32,000 nt of DNA from assembly GCF_000025925.1 (NCBI RefSeq), contig NC_014033.1, positions 630,001-662,000 on the forward strand. The letters run 5' to 3'. The position numbers and the translations under genes are program-made. Each line of letters begins with the position of its first letter. Position 1 is the stretch's first letter. Of the stretch, positions 25,387-32,000 are shown one piece after another. The notes beneath the pieces are model-generated. The model was not told the DNA's origin. It saw only the letters and a list, made by a program, of their open reading frames with translations, and did no database searches. This DNA comes from Xylanibacter ruminicola 23 (GTDB taxonomy: Bacteria; Bacteroidota; Bacteroidia; Bacteroidales; Bacteroidaceae).

Positions 25387-27294
25387 TTAAGACTTTGCGA
25401 TACAACCATCCTCCAGTCGGATGATATATTCTTCGTCTGTGAGATATTCAATTGCAGCATCGAGTTCGCTTACGGGCAGCTCGATGCTTTTTAATTCGGT
25501 AATAAAGTGGGGTTTGCCATCATCCAGCAACTGCAGGATTTTCTGGGCAGCCGCATTTAGGCGGGCTTCAACCACCATGCCCTCGGCGCGATGAGCCAGA
25601 CATACATCGCACTGCTCGCAATTATGATCGTTCTCCTCGCCAAAATAGCGTAATAGTTGTCGGCTACGGCATACCTTATCGTTGGTAGCGTAGCGAATCA
25701 TAGCCTGAATATGTGCTTCGAACTGTACTTTGCGCTCTTCGTACACCTCAGGCATCAGTTGTATAAACTCCTTGTCTTCGCGTCGCTGGGTATAGCGTAT
25801 GTAAGGCGTTTTTTTCTGAGGAATAAAATGCAGGATATGGCGCTGCGACAAACTCTTGAGTATCAGGTAAACCTGCTGTGGCTTTAAGTTGGTGGCCTGC
25901 GCCAGGAAAGCCTCGTCGATAAAATTGTAATCGGTAAACAGGCCGCCGTAGTTGCGCAGCAGGGCCGTGATGATAGCCTCTTCGTTCGGACTGTTGTTTT
26001 CCAATCGATACAGGTCGTTACGGCTCACGGTAAACATAACGCGTGCCTTGTTGTCCTGCTCTTCGGTATATTCCAGATAGCCTGCGCGCTGCAGAATCTT
26101 GAGGGCCGAATCAACACGGATAGGGAAGTGGTTGAAGTTGTGGCAGAACTTATCGATATTAAACTCGAACGTATGGTTATAACCCGAGCCCACACCTATC
26201 TGATAATAATAGGCCAGATGCTCATAAACCTGGCGGATGTAATCCTTATCAGGGAAGGTGTCGGTAATGCGTTTTTTCAGTTTGGTTTCGTCGTGACGGT
26301 TATACAGCAGCACAGCATACGCCTTGAAACCATCGCGACCAGCACGCCCTGCCTCTTGGAAATAGGCCTCGATACTATCCGGACAATCCATATGTATCAC
26401 CACGCGTACATCGGGCTTGTCGATACCCATGCCAAAGGCGTTGGTGGCCACCATTACACGATACTTGTTTTCCTGCCACTCGCGCTGTCGCTCATCTTTC
26501 GTGCTGGCATCAAGGCCTGCATGATAGAATGTGGATGTGATGCCGGCCTCGCTGATAATCTGCGAAAACTCCTTAGTGCGCAGGCGACTGCGGGCATACA
26601 CAATGGCCGAGCCCTTCACGTGTTTCAGAATGTGTATCAGTTGTTCAGTCTTATCCTCAGCATGCCTTACCACATAAGCCAGATTCTTGCGTTCAAAGCT
26701 CATCTTGAACACGTTGAAATCACCCGTCAATTTTGCTTGGATATCGTCAACCACTTGTGGCGTGGCTGTGGCAGTAAGAGCCAATACGGGCACGCCAGGC
26801 ACCAGTTTGCGTATCTGGGCTATCTGCAGGTATGAGGGACGGAAATCGTAACCCCATTGCGAAATACAGTGGGCTTCGTCGACCGTAATAAAGCTCACCT
26901 TCATGTGGCGGAGCTTGGTTTGGAATAAGTCGGATGAGAGTCGCTCTGGTGAAACGTAGAGCAGCTTGATGGCGCCAAAGATGGCGTTTTCGAGTGTTAC
27001 AATGATTTCTTCGTGGGTAAGTCCGCTGTAGATAGCGGCTGCTTTAATCCCTCTGCGGCGCAGATTCTCAACTTGGTCCTTCATCAGGGCTATCAGCGGG
27101 GTAATCACAATGCAAGTACCCTCGTGTGCCAAAGCTGGCACCTGGAAGGTAATGGATTTACCACCACCTGTAGGCATCAGTCCTAATGTATCGTGGCCAC
27201 TACCGATAGACTCGATGATTTCGCGCTGAATACCGCGGAAATCATCGTAGCCCCAGTAGCGATGGAGAATCTCCCTATAATTATCAATTGTCAA
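25387..27294 (-). CDS. recQ: ATP-dependent DNA helicase RecQ
   Basis: FRGIQREII..., MPTGGGKS, VDEAHCISQWGYDFRPSY, ...TNAFGMGIDKPDVR... and the Zn-binding CRSRQLLRYFGE...CEQCDVC. Confidence 0.93.
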   Translation of the reverse strand: MTIDNYREILHRYWGYDDFRGIQREIIESIGSGHDTLGLMPTGGGKSITFQVPALAHEGTCIVITPLIALMKDQVENLRRRGIKAAAIYSGLTHEEIIVTLENAIFGAIKLLYVSPERLSSDLFQTKLRHMKVSFITVDEAHCISQWGYDFRPSYLQIAQIRKLVPGVPVLALTATATPQVVDDIQAKLTGDFNVFKMSFERKNLAYVVRHAEDKTEQLIHILKHVKGSAIVYARSRLRTKEFSQIISEAGITSTFYHAGLDASTKDERQREWQENKYRVMVATNAFGMGIDKPDVRVVIHMDCPDSIEAYFQEAGRAGRDGFKAYAVLLYNRHDETKLKKRITDTFPDKDYIRQVYEHLAYYYQIGVGSGYNHTFEFNIDKFCHNFNHFPIRVDSALKILQRAGYLEYTEEQDNKARVMFTVSRNDLYRLENNSPNEEAIITALLRNYGGLFTDYNFIDEAFLAQATNLKPQQVYLILKSLSQRHILHFIPQKKTPYIRYTQRREDKEFIQLMPEVYEERKVQFEAHIQAMIRYATNDKVCRSRQLLRYFGEENDHNCEQCDVCLAHRAEGMVVEARLNAAAQKILQLLDDGKPHFITELKSIELPVSELDAAIEYLTDEEYIIRLEDGCIAKS

Positions 27295-27309
27295 TTGTCA
27301 AATGATTAA

Positions 27310-29031
27310 TTATTCCTCAGAAGGCTGAATATCTTCAATCTGCAGCTGCACTTCGGTGCGCTTGTAGATATTATCTTCGATCGTGTAGACAATATCGAAC
27401 GAACGCTTTGATTTAATGTAGCGTGCCGATGCACTCTGTCCGAAGGCAATGCCATTGAGCACGTTGCTCGACTTTGAATCAACCAGCTCGAGTTTGATGT
27501 GCTCCTGCTGGCGACCCACTACCTTCGAGGTGCCGTAATCGTAAACATTGCGTGTACAGAACAATGGTTTGGGATTATCGGGACCGTGAGGTGCAAACTT
27601 CTTCAGATCGTTGTGCAGACGCTTGGTAACATCCTTAAAGTCGATAACCGCATCGATATCGAGTGTAGCCTCAGTCTGTTCAGGCTGAATGTGCTCCATG
27701 ACGTATTTCTGGAAGCGGCTGCGGAACTCAGGGATGTTCTCGATCTTGAGCGAAAGACCAACAGCATAGGTGTGACCGCCAAAGTTCTCGAGCAAGTCGC
27801 GACAGCTCTTGATGGCATCGTACACATCGTAGCCAGCCACACTGCGGGCCGAACCTGTAGCAATGCCGTTGAACTTAGTGAGTACTACCGTGGGGCGGTA
27901 GTAAAGCTCAGTGAGTCGCGAAGCCACAATGCCGATAACACCCTTTTTCCAGTTCTCGTCGTAAAGCACGATACTGGCGTGGTGCTTCTGGCTCTCCAGC
28001 TTTTCTACAATCTGGTTGGCCTCTTCGGTCATCTGCTTGTCAACATCCTTACGCTGCTCATTATACTCATTGATATGGTTAGCCTCGGCCAGCGCCTTGT
28101 TCAGGTCTTTCTCAACCAGCAGGTCGACAGCCTCGGTACCATTCTGCATACGTCCTGATGCATTGATACGTGGTCCAATCTTGAATACGATATCACTCAT
28201 GGTGATTTCGCGACCGGTCAAGCCACAGATATCAATAATAGCCTTTAAGCCCACCGACGGACTCTGGTTCAGCTGTTTCAGTCCGTGGTAGGCCAGAATA
28301 CGGTTCTCGCCCATGATAGGCACGATATCAGCTGCAATACTTACAGCACAGAAATCGAGCAGAGGTATCAGTCGCGAGAATGGGATGCCATTGTTTTTGG
28401 CAAATGCCTGCATAAATTTAAAACCTACACCGCATCCACACAGGTCTTTGAATGGGTAGGTGGAATCTTCGCGCTTGGGGTTGAGTATCGCGACAGCATT
28501 GGGCAACTCATCATCGGGTACGTGGTGGTCGCAAATGATGAAATCTATGCCCAGACTCTTGGCATAGGCAATCTCTTCGATGGCCTTGATACCGCAATCC
28601 AGTACAATAATGAGCTTGATGCCTTTTTCTGCAGCATAATGTAGTCCTTTCTTGCTGATACCGTATCCCTCTTCATAGCGGTCGGGGATATAATATTCGA
28701 TGTTAGAATAGAACTGCTGCAGGAATTTGTACACCAAGGCTACCGCCGTACATCCATCGACATCGTAGTCGCCGTAGACCATGATACGCTCTTTGCGCCC
28801 CATCGCATCGTTGAGCCTGTCTACCGCTACATCCATGTCGTTCATCAGGAACGGATCTATCAGCTCGTTGAGCATCGGACGGAAGAAGCGCTTGGCAGCG
28901 CTCTCCGTTTTGATGCCTCGCTGGATAAGGAGATTGGCGAGTATCGGACTCATGCCGATTTTCTCACCAAGCTCCTTAGCCGCCGTCTGTTGTTCTGATG
29001 TAGGTGGTTGGTAATTCCACTTAAAATGCAT
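27310..29031 (-). CDS. recJ: single-stranded-DNA-specific exonuclease RecJ
   Basis: DHH family motifs: VYGDYDVDGCT, LDCG, ICDHH, GGH. The ATG overlaps the upstream stop by 1 nt (TAATG). Confidence 0.92.
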   Translation of the reverse strand: MHFKWNYQPPTSEQQTAAKELGEKIGMSPILANLLIQRGIKTESAAKRFFRPMLNELIDPFLMNDMDVAVDRLNDAMGRKERIMVYGDYDVDGCTAVALVYKFLQQFYSNIEYYIPDRYEEGYGISKKGLHYAAEKGIKLIIVLDCGIKAIEEIAYAKSLGIDFIICDHHVPDDELPNAVAILNPKREDSTYPFKDLCGCGVGFKFMQAFAKNNGIPFSRLIPLLDFCAVSIAADIVPIMGENRILAYHGLKQLNQSPSVGLKAIIDICGLTGREITMSDIVFKIGPRINASGRMQNGTEAVDLLVEKDLNKALAEANHINEYNEQRKDVDKQMTEEANQIVEKLESQKHHASIVLYDENWKKGVIGIVASRLTELYYRPTVVLTKFNGIATGSARSVAGYDVYDAIKSCRDLLENFGGHTYAVGLSLKIENIPEFRSRFQKYVMEHIQPEQTEATLDIDAVIDFKDVTKRLHNDLKKFAPHGPDNPKPLFCTRNVYDYGTSKVVGRQQEHIKLELVDSKSSNVLNGIAFGQSASARYIKSKRSFDIVYTIEDNIYKRTEVQLQIEDIQPSEE

Positions 29032-30236
29032 TAGATACCTAACTTTTTACGTATGTCGGCAGGAATAGCATTCTTATTAATCAGGAAGTCCATCGTGTTC
29101 AGAGCGATGTAATCCTTTGTCATATACCAGATTCCCTTGTAGGCACCAGTCTCGCCCCAAGAGTTCTTCACCAGATAATACTCCTTACCATACTGATCCT
29201 TGGCAACACCGTAAATCAGCATACCGTGGTCGTCGGTCAGCTCCCAGTTGTCGAAACGCTCCTGGCGCATCTCCTGTGTAGGCTTAACCTCAGGCACCTT
29301 GCAACCCAGTGAGTCGATGATGTTACGCTTCTTGTCCTGAGCCAGGTTCAGCCAGCGAGCCATATCGCTACCAGCGAGGCTCTGAGCAGCCTTACCGTCA
29401 ACGGCATAAGCCAGACCGTTACGTGTGAATCCCTCTTCTGATACGTCGCCGCCCCATGCGATGGTGTAACCGTTCTCAACAGCGTTGTCGATTACGCGCA
29501 TCATCTCGTCCATAGGCAGGTTGTAGCTCTGTGGGAAACGCCAGTTGTCCTGTACCTCTACAGCGAAAGTAGAGTAGAAGGGGTGGTGAGTATAGCTGGT
29601 AATGCTAACATAATCGTCGAGGTTGATACCTAACGAAGCCATGAAGCTCTTTGGAGTGTACTCCTTACCCTCGAAGGTGAACTTCTCAGGACACTTACCC
29701 AGATAAGCATCCAGGATACCCTGCAATCCAACCTTCCACTGGTTAGAAATCTTGCGAGCGCTGCTCTTTGCAATAGCTGCAACGTATGGCTCCATCTGAC
29801 CAAAGAACTCGTTGAAGTTGTTGAGTGAGTCGCCATAGAGTGAGCCTGGGAAAGGCATGATGCCCTGTGGCACGATACCGTGGGTCTTCAGTGTGTGGAG
29901 CACGTCCTCAGCACTTCCACCCTGAGAGAACTGGCAATCGCCATGGAAACGAACCACCTGAATGGCACGATCCATGTAGGTCTTGTTGGCTACGAACGAC
30001 TCGTCGAGGTCGTAGCTCTTACCTGTTGCCTTCAGAATCTCAGCCTCAAAGAAAGAGAGGGTAGAGTAGTCCCAGCACGTACCCGAACGGTTCTGGTCCT
30101 TAATGCTAGTGATAGGGTTCTCCTTGATGGTTGTGAACACGGGTTTGTTCGCATCCTTTGCGGGCGCCTTTTTCTTGGCTGCCGAAGCACTCAAGGCCAT
30201 GATAGCCACGAGTGCGAGTGTTGTCATTTTCTTCAT
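29031..30236 (-). CDS. C1-family cysteine peptidase (aminopeptidase C-like), secreted
   Basis: Signal peptide MKKMTTLALVAIMALSASA. QNRSGTCWDYS contains the catalytic Cys context. The C-terminal region has DHGMLIYG...KNSWG. Confidence 0.85.
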   Translation of the reverse strand: MKKMTTLALVAIMALSASAAKKKAPAKDANKPVFTTIKENPITSIKDQNRSGTCWDYSTLSFFEAEILKATGKSYDLDESFVANKTYMDRAIQVVRFHGDCQFSQGGSAEDVLHTLKTHGIVPQGIMPFPGSLYGDSLNNFNEFFGQMEPYVAAIAKSSARKISNQWKVGLQGILDAYLGKCPEKFTFEGKEYTPKSFMASLGINLDDYVSITSYTHHPFYSTFAVEVQDNWRFPQSYNLPMDEMMRVIDNAVENGYTIAWGGDVSEEGFTRNGLAYAVDGKAAQSLAGSDMARWLNLAQDKKRNIIDSLGCKVPEVKPTQEMRQERFDNWELTDDHGMLIYGVAKDQYGKEYYLVKNSWGETGAYKGIWYMTKDYIALNTMDFLINKNAIPADIRKKLGI

Positions 30237-30255
30237 TTTGTTTTTTATTTTTAAT

Positions 30256-31656
30256 TTATTGATTATTCATTGCCATAAACTCCTCAACATCCTTGGGGTG
30301 ATAAGGAATTCTGTTTTTGCCCAGGAATCGGCAACCGTCCTTGGTAATCAGGATGTCGTCCTCGATACGGATACCACCAAAGTCCTTGTAGGTCTCGAGC
30401 TTGTCGAAGTTCAGGAACTCCTTGCAGTGTCCGCTGGCTTTCCACTCGTCGATGAGCTGCGGAATAAAGTAGATGCCAGGCTCGTCGGTAATCACAAAGC
30501 CCTCTTCAAGCTTGCGCCCCATACGCAGACAGTTGGTACCAAACTGCTCCAGGTTAGGACGTGTCTCTTCGTCAAAGCCTACGTAAATCTGGCCCAGTCC
30601 TTCCATATCGTGTACATCCATACCCATCATGTGTCCCAGTCCGTGAGGTAGGAACATGGCATGGGCGCCGGCACGAACAGCCTCGTCGGTATCACCCTTC
30701 ATCAGGCCGAGCTCCTTCAGGCGCTCAGTCATCAGTCGGCATACTGCAAAGTGTACATCCATATATTTTACGCCTGGTTTAGCCACCTCGATTGCATAAT
30801 CGTGACAAGCCTCTACAATCGAGTAGATTTCCAGCTGGCGCTGATTGAACTTACCGTTAACAGGCATGGTGCGGGTGTGGTCCGAGCAATAGTCGTCCAG
30901 TTCGCATCCTGCATCGCAAAGAGCCAGTCGGCCAGCTTCCAGTTTAGCATCCGATGGGTTGCCGTGCATAATCTCGCCATGCTGGCTGAAGATAGTTGCA
31001 AAGCTGGTACCCTGAGCCAGACTGCGGGCGATACCGTCCACCTGTCCGCCGATATAACGCTCGGTTACACCTGGACGAATCAGCTTCTGGGCTGTGGTAT
31101 GCATCATATAGCCCACCTCGCAGGCACGCTCAATAGCCTCAATCTCCTGTGGCTCCTTGGTGGCGCGCATTTTTACTACAGCCTTAATCAGCTGCTGCGA
31201 GGCCTGCTCCTTTTGCTGGTTGGGATGAATGCCCAGCAGGTCCATAATCTGTATCTTGGTATCGAAACGGTATGGGGGCAGGAAGTGATATTTGGTATTT
31301 GGTGAGAGGTGATGGATATATGTAGCCAGTTCCTTCATAGGAGCGGTCTTCTTTACACCAACCTCAGCAGCCAGATCGGCTACCGATGGTGTAAAGCCCA
31401 TCCATACGATATCCTCTACGTCGATATCGTCGCCAAAAATCATCTCTTCGTTGTTGTCGATATCAATCACACCTACCAGTCCGTCGCGGTGCTGTCCGAA
31501 GTAGTAAAGAAATGAAGAATCCTGTCGCATAGGAGCATAAGCGTTGGCCGGATAATTAACCGGTGCATCGTTGTTTCCAAACAGAATAACAACTCCTTCG
31601 CCTACGAGTTTCTTCAGTTCTTCGCGTCTCTTAATATAAGTATCTATACTAAACAT
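30256..31656 (-). CDS. aminopeptidase P family protein (M24B Xaa-Pro aminopeptidase)
   Basis: The N-terminal region is AMP_N-like. M24 metal-ligand contexts are present: DAGCE..YCSDHTRT, HGLGHMMGMDVHD, EPG, IRIEDD. Confidence 0.88.
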   Translation of the reverse strand: MFSIDTYIKRREELKKLVGEGVVILFGNNDAPVNYPANAYAPMRQDSSFLYYFGQHRDGLVGVIDIDNNEEMIFGDDIDVEDIVWMGFTPSVADLAAEVGVKKTAPMKELATYIHHLSPNTKYHFLPPYRFDTKIQIMDLLGIHPNQQKEQASQQLIKAVVKMRATKEPQEIEAIERACEVGYMMHTTAQKLIRPGVTERYIGGQVDGIARSLAQGTSFATIFSQHGEIMHGNPSDAKLEAGRLALCDAGCELDDYCSDHTRTMPVNGKFNQRQLEIYSIVEACHDYAIEVAKPGVKYMDVHFAVCRLMTERLKELGLMKGDTDEAVRAGAHAMFLPHGLGHMMGMDVHDMEGLGQIYVGFDEETRPNLEQFGTNCLRMGRKLEEGFVITDEPGIYFIPQLIDEWKASGHCKEFLNFDKLETYKDFGGIRIEDDILITKDGCRFLGKNRIPYHPKDVEEFMAMNNQ

Positions 31657-31691
31657 TTGTGGAAAATACGTTTAATTTTATCAATTTGTCG

Positions 31692-31699
31692 GCAAAGAT
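31692..31699 (-). promoter_or_regulatory. -7 promoter motif TATCTTTG (minus) for the pepP-like/C1/recJ/recQ gene string
   Basis: The plus strand reads CAAAGATA, 36 nt upstream of ATG 31656. Confidence 0.45.
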
Positions 31700-31749
31700 A
31701 CACATTATTTATCAAAAAGCCATCCCTTTACTCCTATTTTTTACAATAA

Positions 31750-32000
<251 letters not shown>

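Noticed and set aside
25383-25389. Convergent stops of the PurF-like gene and recQ only 1 nt apart, with no terminator between them
   Set aside because: This is real but common in compact bacterial genomes. I saw no hairpin to interpret, and the feature has low information content.
26128-28644. Plus-strand ORFs 26128-26835, 27499-28158, 28016-28291 and 28285-28644
   Set aside because: They are shadow ORFs antisense to recQ and recJ, both of which have unambiguous motifs.
30103-31305. Plus-strand ORFs 30103-30651 and 30661-31305
   Set aside because: They are shadow ORFs antisense to the C1 peptidase and aminopeptidase P genes.

Overview
This looks like a Bacteroidota chromosome segment, probably Prevotella-like. 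That call rests on gene content and on recurrent TAnnTTTG '-7' promoter motifs 20-55 nt upstream of many starts. The window has two parts.

(1) nt 1 to ~9500 is an AT-rich, compositionally foreign accessory island. Hand counts of single 60-nt lines give roughly 27-37% G+C for 1-6721 and 8363-9346, ~45% for 6767-8359, and ~50% or more for the core. The island ends next to the 3' end of a tRNA-His(GUG) gene (9549-9623, minus). It carries a tightly packed same-strand operon (1-6721), which is my main candidate for an undescribed system. The operon encodes two or three unrecognisable helical proteins, an unusually long MoxR-family AAA+ ATPase with a Cys cluster, a fused HExxH-peptidase-like / (QQSGQ)n-repeat / vWA-MIDAS protein, and a small lipoprotein. 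A separately promoted gene follows, encoding an AlbA_2 (Schlafen-like) / HATPase_c_4 / HTH protein. It is translationally coupled to a 327-aa unknown protein.

(2) nt ~9650-32000 is ordinary core genome: Nif3 plus a COG1579 zinc-ribbon protein, an HsdR_N-domain protein, holA, an XRE-type HTH protein, pyrK-pyrD, slyD-aroC, a small secreted protein, an M48 lipoprotein peptidase, pepC, an SDR, msrC (GAF), ilvC, a MaoC dehydratase, a PurF-like protein, recQ-recJ, a C1 peptidase, an aminopeptidase P family protein, and the start of trpS.

I saw no integrase, transposase, CRISPR array or rRNA in the window. All domain calls come from motifs read by eye; no database search was possible.
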